NCBI GenBank assembly: GCA_963745835.1
Contig: CAVUZH010000018.1
Coordinates: forward strand, 32,001 to 96,000
Reading direction: 5' to 3'
Source of the DNA: an uncultured delta proteobacterium
GTDB lineage: Bacteria > Desulfobacterota > Binatia > UBA9968
DNA length: 64,000 nucleotides
The position numbers and the translations under genes are program-made. This document shows, piece after piece, positions 52,227 through 64,000 of this stretch (its first letter is position 1; each line of letters starts with the position of its first letter). The notes below the pieces were generated by a model. The model ran no database searches. It was not told where the DNA came from and worked only from the letters and a program-made list of their open reading frames with translations.

Positions 52227-53033
52227 TTGGGAATACAGTTGGGAAAAGTCATCGCAATTGCTAACCAAAAAGGAGGCGTAGGGAAAACCACGACTTCGAT
52301 CAATTTGGCCGCTTCATTATCGATCGAAGGGAAAAGAACATTGTTAGTTGATGTAGATCCCCAGGGAAACAGTACAACCGGCTTAGGATTAAATCGTTCT
52401 GAACTAACGTCGAGTCTTTACGACGTTATTACTGGAACCCATGTGTTGGCAGAAGTAATTTGTGGAACCGAACTGCCCTTGTTGTTTGTCGTTCCAGCAT
52501 CCAAAGACTTGGTAGGTGCTGAGATTGAGTTGGTTGAAGCCGACCGACGTGAATATCGCCTTAAATATGCGTTAGCTCCCCTGACTGACCAGTATGACTT
52601 TATTGTTCTTGATTGCCCACCATCTCTAGGCCTTTTGACCCTGAACAGTTTAACTGCCGCGAATTCCTTATTGATTCCGATCCAAAGCGAATACTATGCT
52701 CTCGAAGGACTGACCGCCCTGCTCGAGACCTGGCAGCTGGTCAAACAAGGCTTAAATCGCTTTTTGGAACTGCAGGGTATTATCATAACGATGTTTGATA
52801 GCCGTAATCGACTCTCGCACCAAGTCGTCCAGGAGATCCAAAAACATTTTCCCGAAAAATTATTCAAGTCGATCATCCGCAGAAACGTACGTCTGAGCGA
52901 AAGCCCAAGTTACGGCAAGCCGGTTTGTTTATATGATCCAAGCTCTAGCGGGGCGCAAGATTACCTGGATTTAGCAAAAGAACTAATTGCACAGGGAGAC
53001 ACACATGTCATTACAGAAAACGGGATTGGGTAA
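52227..53033 (+). CDS. parA: Chromosome partitioning ATPase ParA/Soj
   Basis: [44 protein letters not shown]; start may be TTG at 52239. Confidence 0.97.
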   Translation: MGIQLGKVIAIANQKGGVGKTTTSINLAASLSIEGKRTLLVDVDPQGNSTTGLGLNRSELTSSLYDVITGTHVLAEVICGTELPLLFVVPASKDLVGAEIELVEADRREYRLKYALAPLTDQYDFIVLDCPPSLGLLTLNSLTAANSLLIPIQSEYYALEGLTALLETWQLVKQGLNRFLELQGIIITMFDSRNRLSHQVVQEIQKHFPEKLFKSIIRRNVRLSESPSYGKPVCLYDPSSSGAQDYLDLAKELIAQGDTHVITENGIG

Positions 53034-53889
53034 AGGTCTTAGCGCCCTAATCCCAGTTGCACCGCCTCAGTCTGTTCAGAACACCTCCAGCGACGATCCG
53101 CAGACGCAGGTGGCCATCGACAAGATCAGCCCAAGCCCATTCCAGCCCCGCCGGGCCTTCGACGAAATCAAGCTTCAAGAGTTAGCGGTGTCGATCCGTA
53201 ATCAAGGGATTATTCAACCATTGGTCGTTCGACCGAAGGGGGAGCGATTCGAATTGATAGCTGGCGAACGCCGCTGGCGGGCCGCGATGAAGGCTGGCTT
53301 AAGTACGGTGCCGGTAGTCATGAGACAGGCAAGCGACCGTGATGCGCTTCAGCTTGCCCTGATCGAAAACCTTCAGCGTGAGGATTTAAACCCCATCGAA
53401 GAAGCCACCGGGTACCGCCGTCTACAGGATGAGTTTACCTGGAGTCAGGAAGAAGTGGCGGAAAAAGTTGGTAAAAGCCGGCCCGCCGTTACGAATGCTT
53501 TGCGGCTTTTGTCGCTACCCTCTGAAGTGCAGCAAGAAGTGGCCTCTGGCAACCTGCCCGCGGGACAAGCGAGAGCCTTGTTGGGATTGCAGAGCGAAGC
53601 AGTTATCATCACGGCGTACCGTGAAGTCGTCGCTAGAGCGCTTTCAACGCGCGAGACTGAAAAATTGGTGCGCAACTTGAAGCTTGGCAGACGACGCCGA
53701 CGAGAATCGCCTGCGGTTGATCCGGATCTCCGTTCTCTCGTTGAAGAGTTGCAGCGGGCACTCGGAACCAAAATAAGAGTATTGCCCAAGGCGCGAAGCA
53801 ATAAGGGTAAAATCGAAATAGAATACTACAGTCTTCCTGACCTGGAGCGAATCATCGGTACGATCACAACGCGTTCCAGCCCAATGTGA
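53005..53889 (+). CDS. parB: Chromosome partitioning protein ParB/Spo0J
   Basis: [51 protein letters not shown]. Confidence 0.97.
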   Translation: MSLQKTGLGKGLSALIPVAPPQSVQNTSSDDPQTQVAIDKISPSPFQPRRAFDEIKLQELAVSIRNQGIIQPLVVRPKGERFELIAGERRWRAAMKAGLSTVPVVMRQASDRDALQLALIENLQREDLNPIEEATGYRRLQDEFTWSQEEVAEKVGKSRPAVTNALRLLSLPSEVQQEVASGNLPAGQARALLGLQSEAVIITAYREVVARALSTRETEKLVRNLKLGRRRRRESPAVDPDLRSLVEELQRALGTKIRVLPKARSNKGKIEIEYYSLPDLERIIGTITTRSSPM

Positions 53890-53928
53890 TGCACCCGCCG
53901 GTCAGCGAAAATCGTTATCGAATAAAGT

Positions 53929-55989
53929 TCATTGACTTACTAGCAAAGATCTGAGCTCTTCGGGCCGAGTTAGCGGCGCTGAGCACGTATGATTATGACA
54001 TACATAAGCCGTAGCGGTACCGTTGATCTGCGTTTTGCCCGCAAGCAGCGGTGAGATCTCGTCCAGAGATTCGTCGGGACTAACGAGTTGCAGGGTCAAA
54101 TTGGGAAGATAGAGCGAGTTGATTAGCGCGAGCAACTCGGTGGTTCTCGAATCATCCGCTTTGCCTACTAGGACAATGTCTTTCGGTTTTCCTAAGTGAA
54201 AGTCCAAAGCGCATAACATGTGGGCAAAACCAAAGGGCTGACTCTCCATTGCGTGTGAGTACGAGCGCAGGACCGTTTCAGCTTTGCCGAGAAAATCCTC
54301 TTTTCCGGTTAAGTGATAAAGCCGCAGCAACAACTCGGTCGCTTTGGCATTGCCGGACGGAACCGATGCATCGAAAACCGGTTTGGTGCGGCTAATTAAT
54401 TGTTCATGGGAGTTCCCCGTATAAAAAAAACCTCCTTCGGATGAATCCCAAAACTCCCGTACCATGACCTCGGTAAGTTCGACGGCCCGTTCCAATGCAG
54501 AACGTTCTAGAGTGGCTTCGTAAAAATCTAATAATCCGACCGCCAAGAAAGCATAATCATCCAGGAACCCTAATTGTTTCGCGTTCCCGTCTTTATACGT
54601 ATGGAGTAGCAAGCCATCGGAAAACATTTTCGTGAAAATGAGTTGGATGGTGCGGTTGGCGGCTGCCAAGAAACTTGGCTTCGCCGAAATCTTGAGAGCT
54701 TCAGCCAAACCTGACAGCATTAGGCCGTTCCAAGACGTAATGATCTTCTCGTCACGGAATGGCTTTTCGCGTCTCTCGCGCGCTGCGAAAAGCTTCTGCT
54801 TCGCCTGAGTTATCAGCGTTTCAATTTGGTCCGGAGTTTTCTTGAACAACCCGGCCGCTTGAGCGACAGTCAAAATCGGGTGAAGGATGTTTTTGCCTTC
54901 GAAATTACCTAATTCAGTAACGTCGTAAACGCGGCTGAAAATTTCGCCGTCTTCTTCGCCAAGAATCTGATTGATTTCTTTCCGGCTCCAGACAAAAAAA
55001 TTACCTTCCTCACCTTCGCTGTCGGCATCTTGGGTCGAGTAGAATCCCCCTTCACTATGTAGCATTTCACGGATCAAATAATCCAAAGTTTCTTCCATCA
55101 CACGCCTGAAGAGCTTGTTACCGGTAGCTCGGTACAGCAGCGCCAAAGTTCGAACCAGCTGTGCGTTATCGTAAAGCATCTTCTCGAAATGAGGCACGAG
55201 CCATTTCTCGTCGACTGAGTAGCGATGAAATCCACCGCCCAAGTGATCGTAGATTCCGCCTAGCATCATTTTAGTTAGGCTATGTGCGACCATGTTGAGA
55301 AAACGTTCGGTTCCTGAATGATGATGCTGGCGCAAAAATAGTTCGTAAACACCAGGGTTGGGAAATTTCGGTGCTTGCCCCAAACCGCCATTCTCGGCAT
55401 CGTAAGCACTCGCAATCTGTTCGGCAGCTTTGCCAATTGCATCCGGGGCGAAGGCATGTTCATGATCGTCGGAGTGAGACATTTGTTTGAGAGCCGATAG
55501 AATTTGCCCAACGCTTTTCTGAACATCGTCGGGTTTGTCGCGATAAGCCTGCGCCACACCTTGAAGAATACGTGGAAAGCCCGGCATGCCATGACGATCT
55601 TGCGGCGGAAAGTATGTGCCGCCATAGAATGGCTGCCGGTCGGGAGTGAGAAACATCGTCATTGGCCAACCTCCCCTGCCGGTCAGCATCTGTACAGCAT
55701 TCATGTAGATTTCATCCAAGTCCGGGCGTTCTTCGCGATCCACTTTGATGTTGATAAAGAGGTTGTTCATCAGTTCCGCGATCTGCTCATTTTCGAAGGA
55801 CTCGCGCTCCATAACATGACACCAGTGGCATGCGGAGTAACCAATACTCAGTAGAACCGGCTTATTCTCTTCTTTAGCCTTAGAGAAAGCTTCGTCACTC
55901 CACGGGTACCAATCGACAGGATTATGGGCGTGCTGGAGCAGATAGGGGCTGGTCTCATGAACCAAACGGTTTGTGTGTTTCGCATCCAC
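53929..55989 (-). CDS. YyaL/DUF255 thioredoxin-domain protein
   Basis: [41 protein letters not shown]; AAGGAGG before GTG at 55989. Confidence 0.93.
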   Translation of the reverse strand: MDAKHTNRLVHETSPYLLQHAHNPVDWYPWSDEAFSKAKEENKPVLLSIGYSACHWCHVMERESFENEQIAELMNNLFINIKVDREERPDLDEIYMNAVQMLTGRGGWPMTMFLTPDRQPFYGGTYFPPQDRHGMPGFPRILQGVAQAYRDKPDDVQKSVGQILSALKQMSHSDDHEHAFAPDAIGKAAEQIASAYDAENGGLGQAPKFPNPGVYELFLRQHHHSGTERFLNMVAHSLTKMMLGGIYDHLGGGFHRYSVDEKWLVPHFEKMLYDNAQLVRTLALLYRATGNKLFRRVMEETLDYLIREMLHSEGGFYSTQDADSEGEEGNFFVWSRKEINQILGEEDGEIFSRVYDVTELGNFEGKNILHPILTVAQAAGLFKKTPDQIETLITQAKQKLFAARERREKPFRDEKIITSWNGLMLSGLAEALKISAKPSFLAAANRTIQLIFTKMFSDGLLLHTYKDGNAKQLGFLDDYAFLAVGLLDFYEATLERSALERAVELTEVMVREFWDSSEGGFFYTGNSHEQLISRTKPVFDASVPSGNAKATELLLRLYHLTGKEDFLGKAETVLRSYSHAMESQPFGFAHMLCALDFHLGKPKDIVLVGKADDSRTTELLALINSLYLPNLTLQLVSPDESLDEISPLLAGKTQINGTATAYVCHNHTCSAPLTRPEELRSLLVSQ

Positions 55990-56175
55990 TTGGACTACCT
56001 CCTTCAATAAAACGCTAACACAGAGTACGGCGCGTCAAAACCTAACCTCTTGGCTTGCGGAAATACATTCGCAGTCGTTCGTCAGCGTTCGGTCGTGTCC
56101 AGGGATGCAGGGAATGCGATCGGCACCCTACGCGAGATACAGAACGGTTTGAGTGCGGTCGGAAAAGGATTTACT

Positions 56176-56379
56176 TCACCGAATCTTTAGGTCAAAAGCG
56201 ACGGGCCCTTTCTCGCCCTTTCGGGTTTGGAACTGAACCGTGTCGCCTTCATTGAAGTCTTCTATCTGATTGCGAGGCGCCATGCTGCCCCGATGAAAGA
56301 AAACCTCTTCGCTGCCATCATCCGGAGTAATGAATCCAAAGCCCTTTGGTCGGATTATTTTCTTGATGGTGCCGGTCAT
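56176..56379 (-). CDS. Cold-shock domain protein
   Basis: KGFGFI (RNP1), VFFH (RNP2), GEKGPVA. Confidence 0.92.
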   Translation of the reverse strand: MTGTIKKIIRPKGFGFITPDDGSEEVFFHRGSMAPRNQIEDFNEGDTVQFQTRKGEKGPVAFDLKIR

Positions 56380-56494
56380 AAGATTTCTCCTCGAGCGGAG
56401 TCAATGCGGAATTGCATTTTCAACGCGATGTATTGACAATCAAATCATAGCTAACTTAGCCTACAGTTTAAAATTCGCATAGATCGAAGCAACC

Positions 56495-57572
56495 TTGAGG
56501 TCACTTCTCTACTATATCACCGGCCATGGCTACGGCCACGCGGTCCGTTCGTGCCAGGTCATTTGGAACCTGAAGGAACGCTGTCCGGAGATGACCGTTT
56601 ACGTTCGCAGCACGGTTCCGGAATGGCTGTTTGAGCATCCGCTCTATTCTGTGGAACAAAGCTCGCAGGCGCTGGACGTCGGGATTGTTCAAGATGACAG
56701 CCTGCAGATGGAACTCGGGCGTACGCTGGAGGCTTGCAAGGCTTTACACGCCCGTATTCCTTTCCTAATCGAGCAAGAACTAGCTTTTGTAGCAAAGCAT
56801 AACATCGGCCTTATTGTCGGCGACGTCCCACCTCTCTGTTTTGAAGTGGCTGCCCGAGCCGGCATTCCTTCCGTAGCGATTACAAATTTTTCCTGGAGCG
56901 GCATCTATAGAGGCTTTTTGCATGCTTTTCCGGATTTTCTGCCCCTGCTCGAAGAGATGGAGAAATTCTATCGTAAGACAACGCTTGCCCTGATCCTTCC
57001 CTATAGTTGTAAAGTGGAAATCTTCCCAGCGCGAGAAAGCATTCCATTTATTACCCGATCTTCAGCGCTGGATCGGACAGAAGCCCGAGAGAGACTCGGA
57101 ATACCGAATGTGGCCACCGCTGTTCTTTTGAGTTTTGGGGGGTATGGGCTTGGGCGATTACATCTGGACAGATTGCTGCGGCAGAAAGAGTTTTTTTTTA
57201 TTGGCACCGGCGATGCGCTGTCGGAAGGAATCTAACTTGCTGATGCTTCCTAATGCTCAGCGTAGCTACGTGGACCTTGTTCGCGCTGCCGACGTGATTG
57301 TTAGCAAACCCGGCTATGGCATTGTTGCTGACGTGATCAGACATCAAGTTCCACTACTATATACTGATCGCGGCGATTTCGCGGAATATCCGTATCTGGT
57401 GAAGACGCTCGAGGACTATGCCACGGCCGAATTCATTCCTCAGGATGATCTGATATGCGCCAATTTAACACCTTACCTGAAGCGGCTTTTGACAAGGAAG
57501 AAGCATTGGCCGGCAGTTGCGACCAACGGAGCTTCAGTTGCTAGCGAGAGACTTTTGAGCCTACTCCGATGA
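56495..57572 (+). CDS. GT-B glycosyltransferase-like protein, split by a +1 frameshift
   Basis: YYITGHGYGHAVRS, GDVPPL, NFSW, LSFGGYG in one frame; DVIVSKPGYGIV, RGDFAEYP in the next. Junction lies within 57191-57225. Confidence 0.75.
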
Positions 57573-57603
57573 TCGTTTGTCGCCGCTGGCAAGGTCTTAG
57601 AGC

Positions 57604-58584
57604 ATGTTGACAGCCGTGGATGAATCATCCAGATTGAGAATCGTCATGACAGTCGAAAAGGTTGTTCTTGCTAAGCCGCGGGGATTCTGCGCCGGCGTGG
57701 AAATGGCTTTGGCAACGGTGGAGCGAGCTCTTGAGAGACATGGTCCGCCCATCTATGTATTTCATGAGATTGTCCATAATCGGCATGTCGTTCGGGACTT
57801 TATCGCTCGCGGCGTGCATTTCGTCCAATCCATTGACGAAGTGCCGCCGGGCGCCAGAGTGATCTTCAGCGCGCACGGAATTTCCCCTGAGGTATGGCAG
57901 CAGGCAAAACAGAAACAACTCGCCTTTGTGATCGATGCCACCTGCCCTCTCGTCGACAAAGTTCATCGGGAGGTAAGAAAGTTTGCATCGCAAGGATATG
58001 AGATCATTCTTGTCGGTCATGAAAAGCACGACGAGATCGTTGGCACCAGCGGTGAGGCGCCTCAGCACGTCAGGATTGTTGCCGATCTCGATCAAGCCAA
58101 GACTGTTACAGTGTCGGATCCTGATAAGGTCGCGGTTCTAACCCAGACAACTCTCAGTGTTGACGACACCCGCGATATAATCGACGTGCTCAAGCAAAGG
58201 TTTCCGAAAATCATCACGCCGGCGAAAGAAGACATTTGTTATGCGACACAAAACCGTCAGGATGCGGTGAAACAGTTAACGCGCGCGGTCGATCTGGTGC
58301 TGGTGATAGGATCCGAAAACAGTGAGAATTCGAATCAACTCTGTGCCGTTGCGCGCTCGCAAGGAACTCCTGCATACTTAATTGGTGAAATCGGCCTGCT
58401 TGATCCCGGCTGGCTAAAGGGGGTGACGCGGGTCGGGATAACTTCCGGCGCGTCCGTGCCCGAGCGTTTAGTAGACGAGGCCGTCGATTTTTTTGTTCAA
58501 CGAGGCGCGGAAATCTCACATCTAGGTTTTACCGAGGAAAACGTTCATTTTGCCTTACCGACGGAAGTCATTCACCCTCAATAA
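57604..58584 (+). CDS. ispH: 4-hydroxy-3-methylbut-2-enyl diphosphate reductase
   Basis: PRGFCAGV, IVHN, DATCPLV, ICYATQNRQ, GITSGASVP; start may be 57646. Confidence 0.97.
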   Translation: MLTAVDESSRLRIVMTVEKVVLAKPRGFCAGVEMALATVERALERHGPPIYVFHEIVHNRHVVRDFIARGVHFVQSIDEVPPGARVIFSAHGISPEVWQQAKQKQLAFVIDATCPLVDKVHREVRKFASQGYEIILVGHEKHDEIVGTSGEAPQHVRIVADLDQAKTVTVSDPDKVAVLTQTTLSVDDTRDIIDVLKQRFPKIITPAKEDICYATQNRQDAVKQLTRAVDLVLVIGSENSENSNQLCAVARSQGTPAYLIGEIGLLDPGWLKGVTRVGITSGASVPERLVDEAVDFFVQRGAEISHLGFTEENVHFALPTEVIHPQ

Positions 58585-58658
58585 AGCAATCGGACGAGTT
58601 GATTGTAGATCACTCGCTACGCTTCACGGACGTCCGTCACATTCTGGAATTGCCCGCT

Positions 58659-58718
58659 TGCCTCACAACTGTGCAATTGCTTAATCGGCGAGCAGTAGAT
58701 CTGTTTACTGTTTAAGCA
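58659..58718. promoter_or_regulatory. Three tandem putative NtrC-type enhancer sites
   Basis: TGC-N11-GCA at 58659-58675 and 58678-58694; TGT-N11-GCA at 58702-58718. Confidence 0.6.
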
Positions 58719-58766
58719 AGCTTCGCAAGACTGACGGAATCTCGGGGAATAATCTTATCGGTTAGG

Positions 58767-58781
58767 TGGCATCTCCATTGC
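58767..58781 (+). promoter_or_regulatory. Sigma54 (-24/-12) promoter of amtB-glnA-glnB
   Basis: TGGCATCTCCATTGC, exact GG-N10-GC spacing, upstream of nitrogen-assimilation genes. Confidence 0.78.
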
Positions 58782-58837
58782 GTTTCTCCCGATAGGTATA
58801 GTACGCCTACTGCTGGGCCTACCAAGAGAGGTTCGTC

Positions 58838-60205
58838 GTGACACAACACATTAGAGCATTAATTTTGATTCTGTTTCTTGCTTCAACGATTCCCGTAGCT
58901 GCAGCATTCGGGCAGGATCTAACGTCGTCTAGCGGGGCACCTGAGGCAGCTATCGCTACAGCGCCGCCAGTGGCTTCCGAGCCGCGTGTCGACAAAGGAG
59001 ATACAGCCTGGATTCTGACTTCGTCGGCGCTCGTGTTGATGATGACCATTCCCGGCTTATTTTTATTTTATGGTGGGTTGGTGCGGAGCAAAAATGTTCT
59101 CGGGACCATCATGCAGAGCTTTGTGGTGGTCGCTCTCATCAGTATTCAATGGGTCCTGTGGGGCTATAGTCTCGCCTTTGGTCCAGATATAGGCGGTTGG
59201 ATCGGCAGCCTAGGCTGGGTCGGGTTGAATAACGTTGGCGCAACTCCAAATCCGGATTATTCGGCCACGATTCCGCATCAAGCATTTATGGTTTTTCAAA
59301 TGATGTTCGCGATCATCACGCCTGCGCTGATCACCGGCGCGGTTGCGGAACGGGCGAAGTTCGGGACATTCATCGTTTTTGTGTTGTTATGGGCGACCTT
59401 CGTCTACGATCCGCTGGCGCACTGGGTTTGGGGCAAGGGGTGGATGGGGGCTATGGGGGCGCTTGATTTTGCCGGCGGCACAGTCGTGCACATTAGCTCC
59501 GGATTTTCCGCATTGGCTGCTGCTTACTTTTTGGGAAGACGTGTCGGTTACGGATATGAAACGATGACGCCGCACAATCTGCCATTTACGGTCCTTGGCG
59601 CCTCTCTACTCTGGGTCGGTTGGTTCGGTTTCAATGCCGGTAGTGCTTTAGCTGCGGACGGTTTAGCCACCGTGGCTTTTGTAACAACCAACACGGCGGC
59701 CGCGGCGGCAGCCCTTGCTTGGATGTTTACGGAATGGTTCACACACGGCAAACCTACGGCGCTAGGAGCGGCAAGCGGCGCAGTTGCGGGGCTGGTTTCT
59801 ATTACACCGGCCGCCGGCTTTGTCGGCCCATTGTCTGCGATTATCATTGGCGCGGTTGGCGGAATGTTATGCTATAAAGCCTGCAATCTGAAAGCCCGTC
59901 TCGGATATGATGACTCGTTAGATGTTGTCGGCGTCCATGGGATTGGCGGCACATGGGGAGCTCTAGCGACCGGTTTGTTTGCCTCAAAAGCGATTAATCC
60001 AGCGGGTAACGATGGTCTGTTCTACGGCAATCCTGCACAGCTTGGCGTACAGGCCATAACGGTAGTGGCGACGATCGCCTTCGCGCTGATAATGACTTTC
60101 ATCATTTTATCGATTTTGAAAGCTACCATGGGATTAAGAGTATCTGAAGAAGAGGAACGTATGGGTCTGGATCTAACTCAACACAACGAACGTGGCTACG
60201 CTTAA
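58838..60205 (+). CDS. amtB: Ammonium transporter
   Basis: GDTAW, FQMMFAIITPAL, DFAGGTVVH, WFGFNAGS, DDSLDVVGVHG. Confidence 0.97.
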   Translation: MTQHIRALILILFLASTIPVAAAFGQDLTSSSGAPEAAIATAPPVASEPRVDKGDTAWILTSSALVLMMTIPGLFLFYGGLVRSKNVLGTIMQSFVVVALISIQWVLWGYSLAFGPDIGGWIGSLGWVGLNNVGATPNPDYSATIPHQAFMVFQMMFAIITPALITGAVAERAKFGTFIVFVLLWATFVYDPLAHWVWGKGWMGAMGALDFAGGTVVHISSGFSALAAAYFLGRRVGYGYETMTPHNLPFTVLGASLLWVGWFGFNAGSALAADGLATVAFVTTNTAAAAAALAWMFTEWFTHGKPTALGAASGAVAGLVSITPAAGFVGPLSAIIIGAVGGMLCYKACNLKARLGYDDSLDVVGVHGIGGTWGALATGLFASKAINPAGNDGLFYGNPAQLGVQAITVVATIAFALIMTFIILSILKATMGLRVSEEEERMGLDLTQHNERGYA

Positions 60206-60288
60206 GTAGGCACGGAAGGGGTAGCTGGACTCAGGAGAATGTGATAACAGACGATTTCAAGGTGCTAAAAAGAACGAAGGAGTAGTAG

Positions 60289-61704
60289 ATGCCAGTTAAA
60301 GACGCTTTAGAGATGGCAAAGAAAAATAAAGCCGAGATAGTAGATTTTAAGTTTATCGATCTTCCGGGACTATGGCAGCATTTTTCGATCCCCGCGACAG
60401 AATTGTCAGCCGACATTTTTGAGCAAGGGCTCGGATTTGATGGGTCAAGCATCCGGGGATTTCAGAGCATCAACGAATCCGACATGATTTTACTGCCGGA
60501 TCCGAATGCGGCCATCATGGATCCGTTTCGAGAGCATTCAACCATCAGCTTTGTATGTAATGTTCTAGATGCGATCACGCGCGAACCCTACAGCCGCGAT
60601 CCCCGCTTTATCACGCAGAAAGCCGAGAAGTACCTGAAGTCGAGCGGTATCGCGGACATCAGCTACTGGGGTCCTGAAATTGAATTCTTCATCTTTGACA
60701 GCATTCGGTTTGACCAAAATCATCATGAAGGTTACTACCACATCGACTCGGCGGAGGGGTTCTGGAACTCGGGCAACAACGATGGTCCGAATCTGGGCAA
60801 CAAAATCCGCTACAAGGAAGGCTATTTTCCGATGCCTCCGATGGACCAGTACCAAGACCTCCGCTCCGAGATGGTATTGAATCTGCAGAAATGCGGCATC
60901 ACGGTCGAAGTGCATCATCACGAGGTCGCCACCGGTGGACAGACCGAAATCGATATGCGCTATGACACTATGACTAAGATGGCGGACAATGTGTTGCTGT
61001 ATAAATACGTCGTTAAGAATACCGCCCGGCGGCGCGGCAAAGTGGTCACGGTCATGCCTAAACCGCTTTTTCAGGATAACGGCTCCGGTATGCACTGCCA
61101 CCAGAGTTTGTGGAAGAACGGCAAGAACCTGTTTTACGATAAAAAAGGTTATGGCTTGATCAGCGACACTGCGCGCTACTATATTGGCGGTTTAATCAAA
61201 CACGCCCACGCGCTCTGTGCCTTTATCGCCCCGACCACGAACTCTTACAGAAGACTTGTTCCCGGGTACGAAGCGCCGATAAATTTAGTCTACTCGGCTC
61301 GTAACCGCAGCGCCTGCGTGCGCATCCCGATGTATTCCGACAGTGAAAAGGCCAAGAGGCTGGAGTTTAGAACCCCTGATCCGAGCTGCAATCCATACTT
61401 TGCATTCCCCGCGATGTTAATGGCGGGGCTTGATGGGATTCGTAACAAGATCGAGCCGCCGAAACCGATCGACAAGAACCTGTACGAGCTCGAGCCCGAA
61501 GAAGCCGCCAAGGTGAAATCGATGCCGGGATCTTTGGATCAAGCACTCGACGCACTAGAGAAAGATCAGGATTTTCTGCTTAGGGGTGATGTGTTTACCA
61601 AAGACGTGATTGATACCTGGCTAGAGTTCAAGCGCAAAAATGAGGTCGATGCTATCCGCCTCAGACCCCATCCATGGGAGTTCGCCCTCTACTTTGATAT
61701 TTAA
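60289..61704 (+). CDS. glnA: Glutamine synthetase type I
   Basis: [50 protein letters not shown] adenylylation site. Confidence 0.99.
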   Translation: MPVKDALEMAKKNKAEIVDFKFIDLPGLWQHFSIPATELSADIFEQGLGFDGSSIRGFQSINESDMILLPDPNAAIMDPFREHSTISFVCNVLDAITREPYSRDPRFITQKAEKYLKSSGIADISYWGPEIEFFIFDSIRFDQNHHEGYYHIDSAEGFWNSGNNDGPNLGNKIRYKEGYFPMPPMDQYQDLRSEMVLNLQKCGITVEVHHHEVATGGQTEIDMRYDTMTKMADNVLLYKYVVKNTARRRGKVVTVMPKPLFQDNGSGMHCHQSLWKNGKNLFYDKKGYGLISDTARYYIGGLIKHAHALCAFIAPTTNSYRRLVPGYEAPINLVYSARNRSACVRIPMYSDSEKAKRLEFRTPDPSCNPYFAFPAMLMAGLDGIRNKIEPPKPIDKNLYELEPEEAAKVKSMPGSLDQALDALEKDQDFLLRGDVFTKDVIDTWLEFKRKNEVDAIRLRPHPWEFALYFDI

Positions 61705-61741
61705 AAGGCTGAGGCCAGTCGCTCTTCCGATTGAGGAGTGA

Positions 61742-62116
<375 letters not shown>

Positions 62117-62269
62117 TTCACTGCTCTAAGTCGTCGTAGTGTCCTAAGTACTGGCCTGGCAATGTCGGATGACCCCCTAAGCTTTTGGTGATGATTGTGC
62201 AGATGATCTCGGCTTGGGATGGCCGTAAAGCAGCGGCAGTCCCAAGCCATGAGTGCACTTAGGTAAGCA

Positions 62270-63880
62270 TTAAACTGATTTATTTTTTTCTGATTTCTCT
62301 TCTCCGGGTTGTTTCCCGGGTTCGAAGCCACCCACCTCGTGGTAGACAACCTTCTTATCTTCTTCAAACGCTCTTACAATTGGCACCTGTCCGGGGAGGC
62401 CCAGTTTCTTCCATTGACTGGCAACTTTATCGTACATCTCCTTGCGGAGCGCTGTGCGTTTTGAAAAGACCGGCAGGTAGCGGTGCTCCTTGCAAGCGTT
62501 AATCAAGGCTTTTGATCCGTACGGTCGTTTCTCCGGTGGATTTTGAGTTGGATCCAGCCAGGTGCTCCAAGTATTGCGGAGAATATCTAGGTCATCAATT
62601 GGATTGCAGCGGCTACTCATGGCCCAAATCACTTGATCCATATCCGTCGGATCGATATCTTCATCAACTGCGATAATCCATTTCGTGTAATAAGCGCCTC
62701 CAGGTACTTGAGCAGCCAACGCCAATGCCTGTGCTGCATGGCCGGCATATCGCTGCTCGAGACTGATTACCGTCATGCCGAAACCACCGGCGCCAGCGGG
62801 ATGGGCATAGACTCCCTGAATGCCCGGAACTCCGAGTTTGTCCAAATCGTCCCAGATCCGCGCCGATCGGATGATAGCAAAAAACCCACTCTGCTCGTTG
62901 GACGGATAGTCGGCCATTAAAGCATTGGTGAGTATCGGATTGTTGCGGTAATGGATAGCGGTAATTTCAACAAGGGGGCAGCCGGCTTCGGGTCTGCCGT
63001 AATATCCGGGGAATTCACCGAATGGGCCTTCGCTCTTCACCGAATTTGGTTTGATGATGCCTTCGATCACAAACTCCGCATTCGCCGGCAGCAACAGGTC
63101 GGTGGTTTTTCCCTTGACCACAGGTATCGGTTCGCCCTTGATGCCGCCTAGAAACTCGTATTCCGAAACGTTCTTGGGGAAGGTTTGCGACCCGACGACC
63201 ATAAATAGTGGATCAATTCCCCATGCGGCGGCGACTTCTACCGGTTTGCCCATCTGCCAGGAACGGGTGATATGCAGGCGCGCATCTTTTCCAGGAGAAA
63301 GATAGAGACCGGCTTCTTTCTTACCTTGAAGCATCATTCGATAGGTGCCGACGTTTAAATAGCCGGTATCGGGATCCCGGGTAATGACGCAATCTGCCGT
63401 TCCTGCATAGCGACCACCATCCAACGGCCAATGCTTGGGAATGGGCAGCTGAGTTAGATCGACTTTGTCCCCCATAAATGTGTTCTGGTAAAAACCGGCT
63501 TCCGACTGCTGAACTTCCCGGGGCTGTGTCCGGTGTTTGAGCTTATCCTTTACACGCCGGATCAATTCGACCGTCGGCGTGTCAGGCGGCTCTTCCATTG
63601 TCAGCGCAATCCGCTGCAGACTCGGTCCTAAGATGTTCCACAGAGAACGAGCCTTGAACGGGCTGTTCTCGTATCCTTTGATGTTGTCGAAAATGATCGC
63701 TGGGGAAGGTTTTTGTTTTGCGACCAAGTAGCCGATGGCGCTCATCTCTTCGTCGCAGCTGACAGGATCCTTTACGCGCACCAGGTCGCCCATCTCCTCA
63801 ACGCGCTCGACCCACTGCCGTAAGTCTTGAATCGGTTTACTACCTGCTGATTCCGTGGCTTTCTGTTCACGTTTAGCCAT
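62270..63880 (-). CDS. UbiD family (prFMN-dependent) decarboxylase
   Basis: DLRQW, DGGRY, NVGTYR, EGPFGEFPGYY, VDEDIDP, VIWAMSSR; GGAGG before ATG at 63880. Confidence 0.93.
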   Translation of the reverse strand: MAKREQKATESAGSKPIQDLRQWVERVEEMGDLVRVKDPVSCDEEMSAIGYLVAKQKPSPAIIFDNIKGYENSPFKARSLWNILGPSLQRIALTMEEPPDTPTVELIRRVKDKLKHRTQPREVQQSEAGFYQNTFMGDKVDLTQLPIPKHWPLDGGRYAGTADCVITRDPDTGYLNVGTYRMMLQGKKEAGLYLSPGKDARLHITRSWQMGKPVEVAAAWGIDPLFMVVGSQTFPKNVSEYEFLGGIKGEPIPVVKGKTTDLLLPANAEFVIEGIIKPNSVKSEGPFGEFPGYYGRPEAGCPLVEITAIHYRNNPILTNALMADYPSNEQSGFFAIIRSARIWDDLDKLGVPGIQGVYAHPAGAGGFGMTVISLEQRYAGHAAQALALAAQVPGGAYYTKWIIAVDEDIDPTDMDQVIWAMSSRCNPIDDLDILRNTWSTWLDPTQNPPEKRPYGSKALINACKEHRYLPVFSKRTALRKEMYDKVASQWKKLGLPGQVPIVRAFEEDKKVVYHEVGGFEPGKQPGEEKSEKNKSV

Positions 63881-64000
63881 CGCGGTAACCTCCAATTATT
63901 TGTCTGCTACAAAATCTCAGCTGTTAAAGCCTGCCCTTTTTCGGCAATAGCGACTTGAAATAGGCAAAGCCATCGTAAGCACGGTATTTCATGTTCTCTT

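Noticed and set aside
62211-62248. Hairpin between convergent glnB and ubiD
   Set aside because: A stem exists (GGCTTGGGA/TCCCAAGCC) but has no U-tract on either strand, so a terminator call is not supported.

Overview
Chromosomal origin region of a bacterium. The gene content (two separate atp clusters, bactofilin ahead of atpF', orphan NitT/TauT-type binding proteins) suggests a Deltaproteobacteria-like lineage such as Candidatus Binatia; this is an inference only. The housekeeping backbone is dnaJ (5' truncated), lon, thiL, larB, gmhA, atpI-B-E, hemL, dnaA-dnaN with a bipartite oriC, bactofilin-atpF'FHAGDC, mnmE-mnmG-parA-parB with two parS sites, ispH, and a sigma54-type amtB-glnA-glnB operon. 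Two accessory metabolic blocks are inserted. The first (17.0-33.7 kb) carries aromatic-acid-type catabolic and transport genes and a decayed SDR. The second (41.2-48.2 kb) is the best candidate for an undescribed system: an EutA-like ASKHA ATPase with no eutBC in the window, sandwiched between two closely related bicupins. The first bicupin follows atpC and appears to be the last gene of the ATP synthase operon; an LLM oxidoreductase, a small cupin and an enolase-superfamily gene follow. Four genes, including atpC, each carry one extra base, most likely assembly errors. No rRNA, tRNA, CRISPR array or transposase was recognised. All assignments come from motif reading, not database searches.
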